Below the pieces are notes generated by a model. The model had not been told where the DNA came from, ran no database searches, and was given only the letters and a program-made list of their open reading frames with translations. DNA of 64,000 bases from Acidimicrobiia bacterium. Lineage in GTDB: Bacteria > Actinomycetota > Acidimicrobiia > Spongiisociales > ZC4RG35. The position numbers were made by a program, and so were the translations under genes. Shown in pieces: positions 47,625 through 56,796 of the stretch. The DNA is taken from assembly GCA_012270885.1 (NCBI GenBank), contig JAAXHN010000002.1, positions 26,590 to 90,589 of the forward strand. The letters run 5' to 3'. Numbering within the stretch: position 1 is the stretch's first letter; every line of letters begins with the position of its first letter.

Positions 47625-49322
47625 TTGGCCCGGGCTTATTATCTGGATATGTCGCTCAAGATTCACTCTCAAGACGTAACGGAGGGTCCCGCCCGCGCCG
47701 GGGCGCGAGCCATGCTGCGGGCGGTGGGCCTTTCCGATGAGGACTTCACCAAGCCGCAGGTAGGCGTGGTTTCGGCGGGGAACGAGGTCACACCCTGCAA
47801 CGTCACCGGCCCGGTTCTCGCTGAGCGAGCCAAGGAAGGGGTACGAGTTGGGGGCGGAGTCGGGCTTGCTTTCGCCACCATTGCGGTCTCCGACGGGATC
47901 TCGATGGGCCACGAAGGAATGCGAGCCTCGCTCGTCTCCCGGGAAGTGATCGCCGACTCGGTGGAATTGATGGTGCACGCCGAGCGATTCGACGCCCTGG
48001 TGACCATCGCCGGATGTGACAAGTCTCTACCGGGCATGCTCATGGCGGCGGCCCGCTCGAACCTGCCGGCCGTTTTTCTGTATGGTGGATCGAGCCTGCC
48101 CGGCCGCTATCGGGGCCGGGACATCTCCATCGTGGATGTCTTCGAGGGGATCGGGGCCGAGTCCCAGGGGCGGATCAGCGCCGAGGATCTCGACGAAATC
48201 GAGCGCAATGCCTGCCCGGGCGCCGGTTCCTGCGCGGGGATGTTCACAGCCAACACCATGGCTTCGGTGGGAGAAGCGATCGGGATGTCCCTCCCGGGGT
48301 CGGCGTCGGTTCCGGCGGTCGACACCCGCCTGGGGGTCTATGCGCGCCAGAGCGGAGAGGCGGTGATGAATCTCCTCCGAGAGGGAATACGGCCCCGCCA
48401 GATCATGACCCGGCCCGCTTTCGAGAACGCTATCACCACCGTGATGGCGTTGGGCGGTTCCACCAATGCGGTGCTCCATCTTATGGCCCTGGCGCATGAG
48501 GCGGGGGTGGAGTTGGAACTTGAGGACTTCGACCGCATCAGCCGCCGGACTCCCCATATCGGTGACCTGAAGCCGTTCGGCAGGTATCACATGGTCGACG
48601 TCGACCATCTCGGAGGGGTTCCCGTGGTGTTGAAGGTCCTCTCCGAAGAAGGGTTGCTGCACGGCGACTGCCTGACGGCCACCGGAAAGACCATGGCCGA
48701 AAACCTCAGGGCTGTGAAGGTCCCAACCGGCCAGGACGTGCTGCGTTCCGCCTCCGATCCCATCGCCGTCGAGGGCGGTATCGCCATCCTGAGGGGTTCC
48801 CTGGCGCCGAACGGAGCCGTGGTCAAGGTGGCCGGGGTAGCCCTCGAGGTATTCGAGGGTCCGGCCCGGGTCTTCGACGGCGAACAGGGCGCCTTGGCGG
48901 CGCTCTTTTCGGGAGACATTCATCCCGGGGAGGTGCTGGTGATCCGGACCGAGGGCCCGCGCGGCGGCCCGGGTATGCGGGAGATGCTTGCCATCACCGC
49001 GGCTATCAAGGGAGCGGGATTGGGATCGGAGGTCCTGCTGATAACCGACGGGCGTTTCTCGGGCGGTACCACTGGCCTGTGCATCGGCCACGTCGCCCCC
49101 GAGTCAGAGGTGGGAGGGCCGATCGGCCTGGTGGAGCAGGGGGACCGCATCAGAGTGGATGTGGCTGCCCGCCGACTGGACCTCCTGGTGGCTGACGATG
49201 TACTGGAAAAGAGAAGGGCAGGGTGGAAGCCGGCCCCGGTCCGTTACCCCTCCGGCGCTCTCGCCAAGTACGCCAACCTGGTGGGCGGCGCGGAGAATGG
49301 AGCGGTAACCAACCACTTCTGA
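47625..49322 (+). CDS. ilvD: dihydroxy-acid dehydratase
   Basis: 565 aa. CDKSLPGM motif and Fe-S ligating Cys residues. TTG start with a GAGGAGGA SD 10 nt upstream (alternative ATG at 47649). Confidence 0.9.
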   Translation: MARAYYLDMSLKIHSQDVTEGPARAGARAMLRAVGLSDEDFTKPQVGVVSAGNEVTPCNVTGPVLAERAKEGVRVGGGVGLAFATIAVSDGISMGHEGMRASLVSREVIADSVELMVHAERFDALVTIAGCDKSLPGMLMAAARSNLPAVFLYGGSSLPGRYRGRDISIVDVFEGIGAESQGRISAEDLDEIERNACPGAGSCAGMFTANTMASVGEAIGMSLPGSASVPAVDTRLGVYARQSGEAVMNLLREGIRPRQIMTRPAFENAITTVMALGGSTNAVLHLMALAHEAGVELELEDFDRISRRTPHIGDLKPFGRYHMVDVDHLGGVPVVLKVLSEEGLLHGDCLTATGKTMAENLRAVKVPTGQDVLRSASDPIAVEGGIAILRGSLAPNGAVVKVAGVALEVFEGPARVFDGEQGALAALFSGDIHPGEVLVIRTEGPRGGPGMREMLAITAAIKGAGLGSEVLLITDGRFSGGTTGLCIGHVAPESEVGGPIGLVEQGDRIRVDVAARRLDLLVADDVLEKRRAGWKPAPVRYPSGALAKYANLVGGAENGAVTNHF

Positions 49323-49328
49323 TTTGTC

Positions 49329-50126
49329 TTGTTGCTGGTCTCGGACATCCATGGCCGTTTTTCCGCCCTGGCGGACGTGGCTTCCAGGGGGGAGCCTCTT
49401 CTCGTCCTGGGAGACCTGATCAACCTGGTGGATTACCGGACCGGGGAAGGCATCTTCGCCGAAGTCCTCGGAATCGACTTCGCCCGCAAGATCGCGGCCT
49501 CCCGGGGAGGTTCGCGGTTCGAGGAGATGCGCTCGCTGTGGGCGAAGAGAGTCGGTGACCGCTACGAGTGGTTCCGCTCTGCGTTGACCGTGGAGGTCAA
49601 GAAGCAGTACCGGCTGATGGCGGAGGCTCTGCAGGCTTCCGAGTCGTACGTGACCTACGGGAACGTAGACCGCCCGGAGCTGTTGCGCCAGAGCCTCCCG
49701 GAGGGATCCCGGTTCGTGGATGGAGAGGTGGTGGTGATCGAAGGGCACAGGGTGGGCTTTGCCGGCGGCGGGTTGACCACTCCCATGAATGCTTCAGGGG
49801 AGGTCTCGGACCAGGAGATGACGGACAAACTGGCCGGATTGGGGGAGGTGGACATTCTCTGCACCCATCTGGCTCCCGCGGTGCCGGCCCTGCATTTCGA
49901 TGTGGTGACCGGAAAGTTCGAGAGGGCTTCCCGCCCGATTCTCGACTACCTGCTGGAGGTGCGTCCTCGCTACCACTTCTTCGGGGATGTCCACCAGCCG
50001 CAGGCCCATCAATGGCGGGTGGGGTCCACCCTGTGTCGCAATGTCGGGTATTTCCGCGCCACCCGCCGCCCGGTGAGGCTCTCGGCGGATGGAGTAGCTG
50101 ACGGCCTTCGGGCGGAGGTCGGATGA
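49329..50126 (+). CDS. calcineurin-like metallophosphoesterase
   Basis: MLLVSDIHGR motif I and GDLINLVD motif II. The GNVD/GH motifs are present. Confidence 0.75.
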   Translation: MLLVSDIHGRFSALADVASRGEPLLVLGDLINLVDYRTGEGIFAEVLGIDFARKIAASRGGSRFEEMRSLWAKRVGDRYEWFRSALTVEVKKQYRLMAEALQASESYVTYGNVDRPELLRQSLPEGSRFVDGEVVVIEGHRVGFAGGGLTTPMNASGEVSDQEMTDKLAGLGEVDILCTHLAPAVPALHFDVVTGKFERASRPILDYLLEVRPRYHFFGDVHQPQAHQWRVGSTLCRNVGYFRATRRPVRLSADGVADGLRAEVG

Positions 50127-50530
50127 GCGGGGAAGGCAAACGGTTCGCGGACGGCCGGCACCTGGTGGTGACGACCATTACCGGGCTGGTTTCCGCCCTG
50201 CCACAGTTCGCCAAGTTAGTGGGCCGGCTCTCCCGGGACCCAAGGGTTCCGGTGCGCGCCAAGCGCTTGGCGGCGGGCCTGGCCGCCTACGCGGTGATCC
50301 CCCTGGACCTTGTTCCGGATGTGATCCCGGTGGTGGGACTGGTTGATGACTTGTTGGCGGTGGTGGTGGCATTGGCGGTGCTCATCGAGGCGGCGCCCGA
50401 TGAGGTGGTGGTCGAGCACTGGGACGGCGAACCGGAGACACTGGGACGGATCCTCCTGGGGGTGGGTCTGCTGATTGAATTCATGCCCAGGAGGGTGCGG
50501 TGGATGATCCGGTGGCTGGGGGGAGAGTGA
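50123..50530 (+). CDS. DUF1232 (YkvA-like) membrane protein
   Basis: IPLDLVPDVIPVVGLVDDLLAVVVAL is the hallmark DUF1232 segment. ATGA overlap with the upstream gene. Confidence 0.7.
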   Translation: MSGEGKRFADGRHLVVTTITGLVSALPQFAKLVGRLSRDPRVPVRAKRLAAGLAAYAVIPLDLVPDVIPVVGLVDDLLAVVVALAVLIEAAPDEVVVEHWDGEPETLGRILLGVGLLIEFMPRRVRWMIRWLGGE

Positions 50531-50540
50531 ATCCGGGGCA

Positions 50541-51302
50541 ATGAACCTTCCCGTCTGGACGGTGCTGCCTCTCTTTCAGTCATCTCCCCGGGAACTCACC
50601 GGGATGGTGAGAGAGTCGGAGTCGCTCGGTCTGACCGGAGTTGTGGCCACAGACCATCTGGCTGGCTGGCGCCGTCCGACCTCTCCGGTTCTGGAAGCCA
50701 CCGCTGCACTCGGCATGGTGGCCGCCGTGGCCGAGCGCCGCGTGGGTTCGCTGGTGTTGCAGACGGCTCTTCGTTCTCCCTCCTACACGGCCGGTGTGGC
50801 AGCTACTCTGGCCGCGGTCTGCCGGGCGCCTCCCCTGATCGGTTTAGGGGTGGGCGACTCCAGGTCACGCACCGAAAGTAGCCGGCTGGGGATTGCCCAG
50901 CCCGCCTTCCCCGAGCGCATAAAGCTGCTGCGGGAGACCATCGCCGAGGTACGGGCTCGGACCCCGGGCGTCGAGATATGGGTAGGAGGATGGAGCCGTG
51001 AGGTGCGAGAAGTGGCGGCTGAACTGGCGGATGGCTGGAACGCCTGGGGCGGCGAGCCTGCGGCCTTCGAGGCTGCCGTGGACCAGATGAAGAAGGTGAA
51101 CCCTGCGGTGTCGGTGAGTTGGGGAGGTCTGTTGGACACCACCCGGTCCGTCGACTGTCTCCGGGGAACCCTTCTGAGGAGAGTGGAAGCCGGAGCGCAG
51201 GCGCTGGTTATGGCACTCACTCCTCCGCGAGTCGCCACGTTCGGTCGGTGGGTACCGGCGATCTTTTGCCATTCTGCGTTCCAAAACGCCGCCGATTGCT
51301 AG
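50541..51302 (+). CDS. LLM-class flavin-dependent oxidoreductase (luciferase-like, probably F420-dependent; short form)
   Basis: 253 aa. TIM-barrel LLM pattern (LGLTGVVATDHL, GWNAWGG). Confidence 0.65.
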   Translation: MNLPVWTVLPLFQSSPRELTGMVRESESLGLTGVVATDHLAGWRRPTSPVLEATAALGMVAAVAERRVGSLVLQTALRSPSYTAGVAATLAAVCRAPPLIGLGVGDSRSRTESSRLGIAQPAFPERIKLLRETIAEVRARTPGVEIWVGGWSREVREVAAELADGWNAWGGEPAAFEAAVDQMKKVNPAVSVSWGGLLDTTRSVDCLRGTLLRRVEAGAQALVMALTPPRVATFGRWVPAIFCHSAFQNAADC

Positions 51303-51314
51303 TAGCCTGCGAGT

Positions 51315-52487
51315 ATGGAGTTCAGGCGCATTCACAATCTTCCGCCTTACGTTTTCGCCCAGGTGGACCAGGCGAAGGTTGCTGCCCGCCGCGCCGGGGA
51401 GGACGTTGTGGACCTCGGCTTTGGCAACCCCGACCTGCCATCGCCCTCTTTTGTGGTGGACAAGCTGACCGAGGCGGCCAACAAGGGAAAGAACCACCGC
51501 TACTCGTCGTCGCGGGGACTGCCCAACCTCCGCCAGGCCATCACTGATCGGTACCAAAGACGCTTCGGAGTCTCGCTCGACCCGGAGACACAGGCTGTGG
51601 CCACAATCGGCGCCAAGGAAGGTCTGTCCCACCTGCTATGGACCCTGGTTGACTCGGGAGACACCACGGTGGTGCCGGAACCCTCCTATCCCATCCACAT
51701 CTACGCGCCGATTCTGGCCGGTTCCGACATTGCTCGCCTTCCGGTGGTTTCGGAGTCTGAGTACTTCGAAAGGCTGGAGGTGCTTTATCGCTCATCCTGG
51801 CCCAAGCCGAGGGTGATCATCGTCTCCTTCCCGCACAATCCCACCACCACCTGCATCGAGCTGTCCTTCTTCGAGCGGTTGGTGGCGTTTGCCCATCACC
51901 ACGGGGTGTTCATTGTCCATGACTTCGCGTACGCCGACATGCACTTTGACGGTTATCAGCCGCCTTCGCTCCTGCAGGTGGAGGGGGCCGCGGAGGTGGG
52001 GGTGGAGTTGTACAGCATGACCAAGGGCCATTCCATGGCGGGTTGGCGGATGGGATTCGTGCTGGGCAACGCTCCTGCGGTGGCGGCCCTGACCAAGCTC
52101 AAGTCTTATCTCGACTACGGCACCTTCCAGCCGATCCAGATCGCAACCATTGTCGCCCTCAACTCCGGGGACGACTATGTCGAGGAGGTGAGAGCGATCT
52201 ACGGCGATCGGCGGAATGCCCTGGTGGATGGTCTGAACAACTCCGGCTGGAAGGTGCTGAAGCCGCATGGCACCATGTTCGTTTGGGCGCCAATCCCCGA
52301 GCCTTACGTGGAGATGGGGTCGGTGGAGTTTGCCTTGCACCTCCTGCGGGAGGCTAAGGTGGCGGTCAGCCCGGGAATCGGCTTCGGCCCCAGTGGCGAC
52401 CGGCACATCCGGTTCGCCCTGGTCGAGAACCGCCAGAGGGTTGGCCAGGCAGTCACCAGTATGCGCCGGACGCTCGAACTTCTCTGA
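51315..52487 (+). CDS. class I/II PLP-dependent aminotransferase (AspC/AlaT-like)
   Basis: 390 aa. LPPYVFAQVD and DLGFGNPDLPSP near the N-terminus. PLP-Lys region YSMTKGHSMAGWRMG. Confidence 0.85.
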   Translation: MEFRRIHNLPPYVFAQVDQAKVAARRAGEDVVDLGFGNPDLPSPSFVVDKLTEAANKGKNHRYSSSRGLPNLRQAITDRYQRRFGVSLDPETQAVATIGAKEGLSHLLWTLVDSGDTTVVPEPSYPIHIYAPILAGSDIARLPVVSESEYFERLEVLYRSSWPKPRVIIVSFPHNPTTTCIELSFFERLVAFAHHHGVFIVHDFAYADMHFDGYQPPSLLQVEGAAEVGVELYSMTKGHSMAGWRMGFVLGNAPAVAALTKLKSYLDYGTFQPIQIATIVALNSGDDYVEEVRAIYGDRRNALVDGLNNSGWKVLKPHGTMFVWAPIPEPYVEMGSVEFALHLLREAKVAVSPGIGFGPSGDRHIRFALVENRQRVGQAVTSMRRTLELL

Positions 52488-52490
52488 TCA

Positions 52491-53525
52491 GTGGCATTTC
52501 CCGACGGAACCGCCGACTTTCGCTCCGATACTGTAACCAGGCCCACTCCGGAGATGCGGCGCGCCATGGCCGATGCGATGGTGGGGGATGATGTCTACCG
52601 CGACGATCCAACGGTTAACGCCCTGGAGGAAGAGGCGGCTTCCATCATCGGCCAGGAGGCGGCGGTGCTCACTCCCACGGGAACGATGGGGAACCAACTC
52701 GGGATAATGCTCCAGACCCGGCGGGGAGAGGACGTCCTCTGTGATGCCCGGACGCATCTGCGCAATGTTGAAGCGGGCGCGGGCGCCGCCCTGTCGGGCG
52801 TGGCCTTTCGAACCGTGGAAGTGGATGCCGGCCGAATCACGCCCGCCGATATAGACGGGGCAATGCAGTTGGCAGGCAGCCTCTTCCCGCGTATCGGATT
52901 GATGGTGTGGGAGAACACTCACAACATGTCGGGAGGAAGGGTGATACCCGCCGACGTGATGGTGGAGGGCAATCGGGCGGCCCGCCGGCACGGCCTATCC
53001 GTCCACCTCGACGGGGCGCGGGTGTTCAACGCGGCGGTAGCCTCCGGTCTTCCGCCGGCCAGGTTCACCGAGGGGGTGGACACGGTGCAGTTTTGCTTCT
53101 CCAAGGGCCTGGGGGCGCCGGTGGGGTCCATTCTGTGCGGTTCGGCCGACCTGGTGGCCGAGGCGCGTTACCTCCGCAAGAGACTGGGAGGGGGGATGAG
53201 ACAGGCCGGCATCATCGCAGCCCCTGCGCGCATCGCCCTCCGGGACTGGTCCCGTCTATCTGCCGACCATGAACTGGCGTCGCGGATGGCAGTCGGACTG
53301 GCCGACCGTCATCCGGGAGCGGTGGATCCCGAGGCAACCGAGACGAACATGGTACGTGTGGAGGTGGAGAACCTACGCGGAGGATGGGCGCCGGTACGCG
53401 CCCGGCTGAAGGAGTTGGGGGTGGTCGTCAGGGATCCTCTTGCCGGAACTGTGCGGCTGGTGACCCATCGCGATGTAAACGACGCCGATGTGGAGCGGTT
53501 GCTGGCGGCTTTCACACCGGGTTGA
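52491..53525 (+). CDS. ltaE: low-specificity L-threonine aldolase
   Basis: 344 aa. DFRSDTVTRPT N-terminus and PLP-Lys FSKGLGAPVGS. Confidence 0.85.
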   Translation: MAFPDGTADFRSDTVTRPTPEMRRAMADAMVGDDVYRDDPTVNALEEEAASIIGQEAAVLTPTGTMGNQLGIMLQTRRGEDVLCDARTHLRNVEAGAGAALSGVAFRTVEVDAGRITPADIDGAMQLAGSLFPRIGLMVWENTHNMSGGRVIPADVMVEGNRAARRHGLSVHLDGARVFNAAVASGLPPARFTEGVDTVQFCFSKGLGAPVGSILCGSADLVAEARYLRKRLGGGMRQAGIIAAPARIALRDWSRLSADHELASRMAVGLADRHPGAVDPEATETNMVRVEVENLRGGWAPVRARLKELGVVVRDPLAGTVRLVTHRDVNDADVERLLAAFTPG

Positions 53526-53569
53526 TCCGGTAACCGTAGCTTTCCTCGCAGGGTCATACCTCAGCACCA

Positions 53570-54520
53570 GTGAAATACGCAGTCCTCTTTCCCGGCCAGG
53601 GCAGCCAGTTCGTGGGGATGGGCGCCGACCTGTTCGAGGCCCGACCCGATCTTCTGGGTGACCGTGTGAACGAAATGTTGGGTTGGTCCCTTCGCGACCT
53701 CTGCCTGGAGGGACCCGAAGAACTGCTGGTCCGCACCGAGCGGGCCCAGCCCGCCCTCTTCTGTCTCTCTTATGCTCTGTGGGTCGAACTGTCAGACCGG
53801 CTTGGCTCTCTCCCTATCGCCGCGGCCGGCCACTCCCTGGGGGAGTACACCGCTCTGGCGGCCGCAGGGGTGTTCGGGTTCGAACAGGCCCTGTCCCTGG
53901 TGTCGGCTAGGGGTCGGGCGATGGCCGAGGCCGCCGACACCGAGGACTCGGGAATGATGGCTCTGATGGGGGTGGGTGATGATGTTGCAGAGGAGGTGGC
54001 TGAGATCCGCCGACAGGAGGGGGGGCGGCTGGTGGTGGCCAACCTGAACGCACCGGGCCAGGTGGTGATGGCTGGAGGGGCCTCCGATCTTGATTGGCTC
54101 GAGGAACGGGGTCGCAGCCTTGGAATCCGCAGGATGGTCCGACTGCCGGTGGCGGGAGCCTTTCACTCCGGGTTCATGGCGTCGGCCGCCCGCAAGGTGG
54201 AAGAAGCCCTGGTGGGGCTGAGGTCTCGTCCGGCCCGCTTCCCGGTGTACGCCAATGTCAGCGGCGAGCCGATCGAGAGCGCCCGCATCTCCGAGACCCT
54301 GGTCACCCAGGTTTCCTCCCCGGTCAGGTTCGCCGACAGCCTTTCGGCTATGGCGCGGCAGGGAGTCGAGGTCTTTGTGCATGTCGGCCCAGGCAAAGTG
54401 ACCGCCGGTCTGGTCAAGCGTACGGTTCCCTCGGCCACGGTGCTGACTGTAAGTGATCTGGGCGGAGCGGCCAAGGCCGCGGAATCCATATCTAGCATGG
54501 AGCTTTTACGAGGAGAGTGA
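53570..54520 (+). CDS. fabD: malonyl CoA-ACP transacylase
   Basis: FPGQGSQ and GHSLGEY motifs. GTG start. Confidence 0.9.
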   Translation: MKYAVLFPGQGSQFVGMGADLFEARPDLLGDRVNEMLGWSLRDLCLEGPEELLVRTERAQPALFCLSYALWVELSDRLGSLPIAAAGHSLGEYTALAAAGVFGFEQALSLVSARGRAMAEAADTEDSGMMALMGVGDDVAEEVAEIRRQEGGRLVVANLNAPGQVVMAGGASDLDWLEERGRSLGIRRMVRLPVAGAFHSGFMASAARKVEEALVGLRSRPARFPVYANVSGEPIESARISETLVTQVSSPVRFADSLSAMARQGVEVFVHVGPGKVTAGLVKRTVPSATVLTVSDLGGAAKAAESISSMELLRGE

Positions 54521-54522
54521 GC

Positions 54523-55614
54523 ATGACCAGGGCTGCAATCACCGGATGGGGAAAGTGCGTTCCCCCAACCGTGCTGAGCAACGCCGACCTGGAACGGATC
54601 ATCGACACCTCCGATGAGTGGATAACGGTTCGCTCCGGGATAAAGGAGAGGCGAATCAGCCATGTGGAACCGTCCGAGATGGCGGCGGTGGCGTCCGAAC
54701 ATGCCTTGGCGGCCGCTGGCCGGGAGATAGGGGAGATCGATCTTATCATTGTCGCCTCCTGCACTACTGACTCCGTGATTCCCGCTACGGCGGCTCACGT
54801 GCACCGTTTGCTGGACGCGCCGGTTTCCACCGCGGCCTTCGACCTCAACGCCAACTGCTCGGGCTTTGTCTATTCGTTGATTAACGCCGCCAAGATGATC
54901 GAGTCAGACATGCATTCGAGGGTGCTGATCGCCGCCACCGAACGACTCAGCGCCTTGCTCGATTTCACGGACCGGTCGACGGCGGTCCTGTTCGGCGACG
55001 CCGCCGGCGCGGTGGTCATGGAGCCGACCGAGGAAGATCATGGTCTGCTCTCGGGGTTCGTGCAGATGGACTCCTCCGCTCTGGGCTACCTGGAGGTGCC
55101 CAACGACGGGCTCAGCGGGATGCCGGCCCGTTCAATGGAGGCTCCCCATGGCGGGATCACCATGAACGGGCGTGAGGTGTTCCGCCGGGCGGTGGTGGCG
55201 ATGGGAGATCTGTCGGTGCGGGCGGTTGCCGAGGCCGGCCTGGGACTGGAGGAAGTGGATCTGCTCATACCCCATCAGGCCAACATGAGGATCATTGACG
55301 CTACAGCCAGACGGTTGAAGCTTCCTTCCGAAAAGGTCTACACCAATATTCACGCCTACGGGAACACCTCGGCGGCCACCATCCCGGTGGCGTTGGTCGA
55401 GGCTTTGGAACAGGGATATATCTCGGCCGGCGCCAACGTGGTGTTCGCCGCGTTCGGGGGTGGGCTGACCGCTGGAGCGGCCGTGCTTCGCTGGGGAGAG
55501 CGCACCGATCCACTGGGGCGGAGCGAAGCCTCTCTTCCTCCAACCGACCGCAGCCTCATGGAGTTGCTGGAAGCCAATTTCCGCGTGTACGGGTATCCGG
55601 AGAAAATGAGATGA
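54523..55614 (+). CDS. fabH: 3-oxoacyl-ACP synthase III
   Basis: Active-site Cys in NANCSGFVYSL, plus conserved His/Asn regions. ATG 54523 with a GAGGAGAG SD. Confidence 0.9.
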   Translation: MTRAAITGWGKCVPPTVLSNADLERIIDTSDEWITVRSGIKERRISHVEPSEMAAVASEHALAAAGREIGEIDLIIVASCTTDSVIPATAAHVHRLLDAPVSTAAFDLNANCSGFVYSLINAAKMIESDMHSRVLIAATERLSALLDFTDRSTAVLFGDAAGAVVMEPTEEDHGLLSGFVQMDSSALGYLEVPNDGLSGMPARSMEAPHGGITMNGREVFRRAVVAMGDLSVRAVAEAGLGLEEVDLLIPHQANMRIIDATARRLKLPSEKVYTNIHAYGNTSAATIPVALVEALEQGYISAGANVVFAAFGGGLTAGAAVLRWGERTDPLGRSEASLPPTDRSLMELLEANFRVYGYPEKMR

Positions 55615-56345
55615 GCCGGGTCGCCCTGGTCACTGGAGGATCACGGGGGATCGGCCGGGCGGTCTGCATGGAGATGGCCGGACGGGGCTATCTGGTGGCG
55701 GTCAACTACGCCCAACGCTCCGATGCCGCTGCAGAGGTGGTGCAGGCTATTCGGGGGGCCGGTGGAGAAGCTGTGGCGATCGGCGCCGACGTGTCGGATG
55801 CCGACCAGGTGAGCAGGATGTTCCAGGAGGCGAAGCAAGCCCTGGGTCCGGTGGAGATCCTGGTTAACAACGCCGGGATCACCAGGGATGGATTGTTGGC
55901 GCGTATGAGGCCGGAGCAGTTTGACGAGGTTCTGGCGGTCAATCTTCGATCAGCCTATCTGTGCACGAGGGCAGCCCTGCGGGGGATGCTGCGCGCCCGG
56001 TGGGGACGGGTGATATGCATCAGTTCCGTGGCGGGGGTCAGTGGCAACCCCGGTCAGGCCAACTACGCGGCCTCCAAGGCCGGGCTAATCGGATTCGCCA
56101 AATCGGTAGCGCGTGAGGTCGGTTCACGGGGTATAACGGTCAATGTGGTGGCACCGGGGTTCATAGCCACCGACATGACCGCTCCTCTGGGCGCCACGGC
56201 GGCGGAGGCTACCGCCTCCGGAGCGGCCCTGGGCAGGGTGGGAGACCCTGCCGAGGTTGCTAATGTGGTGGGATTCTTGGGGTCTGAAGCCGCCTCGTAC
56301 GTGACCGGCCAGGTCTGGCAGGTCGACGGGGGCTTGGCGCTCTGA
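55611..56345 (+). CDS. fabG: 3-oxoacyl-ACP reductase
   Basis: SDR motifs TGGSRGIG, NNAG and YxxxK. Overlaps the fabH stop. Confidence 0.9.
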   Translation: MSRVALVTGGSRGIGRAVCMEMAGRGYLVAVNYAQRSDAAAEVVQAIRGAGGEAVAIGADVSDADQVSRMFQEAKQALGPVEILVNNAGITRDGLLARMRPEQFDEVLAVNLRSAYLCTRAALRGMLRARWGRVICISSVAGVSGNPGQANYAASKAGLIGFAKSVAREVGSRGITVNVVAPGFIATDMTAPLGATAAEATASGAALGRVGDPAEVANVVGFLGSEAASYVTGQVWQVDGGLAL

Positions 56346-56453
56346 GAGGAGTTTCGTACCCTAATGCGTTGGAAGGTAACCCACACCCCGCCCGCGCCGT
56401 CCAATAGGTCGGCTGGAACAAGTCTGGTAGCCGAAACGAAAGAAAGGGAAACT

Positions 56454-56696
56454 ATGAGCGCGGACATCGACAGCAGGCTAAAGAGGATTCTGGTGGAGGA
56501 ATTGGATCTCGAAGAAGACAAGTTGCACCCTGACGCCAATTTCGAGGAAGACCTGGATGTCGATTCGCTCGGCGTGGTGGAGTTGCTGATGGCGCTGGAG
56601 GACGAGTTCGGGGTGGAGATCCCGGACGAGGAAGCCGAACAGATCACCACCGTGGGCGAGGCGGCCGCGCTGATACGAATAAAACTGGGGAGCTGA
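56454..56696 (+). CDS. acpP: acyl carrier protein
   Basis: 80 aa with the DLDVDSLGVVEL phosphopantetheine attachment site. The ORF-track 5' extension is not supported; I start at ATG 56454. Confidence 0.9.
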   Translation: MSADIDSRLKRILVEELDLEEDKLHPDANFEEDLDVDSLGVVELLMALEDEFGVEIPDEEAEQITTVGEAAALIRIKLGS

Positions 56697-56796
56697 TCCT
56701 ATCGGACACCATGGTGGTCGCGACGGTTGAATGCCGGAAGCGGTGGAGGACACCAAGCAGCCAAACGCATCGTCCCCTGTCGATGCACTTTGACGT

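Noticed and set aside
56364-56453. 30-codon upstream extension of acpP in the ORF track
   Set aside because: ACP homology starts at ATG 56454, which has its own purine-rich RBS. The extension would add a non-conserved basic tail.
56709-56718. Perfect 10-nt palindrome CACCATGGTG as a terminator or operator
   Set aside because: The stem is too short and has no loop for a stable hairpin. No flanking half-site repeats. Likely coincidental; an NcoI site sits within.
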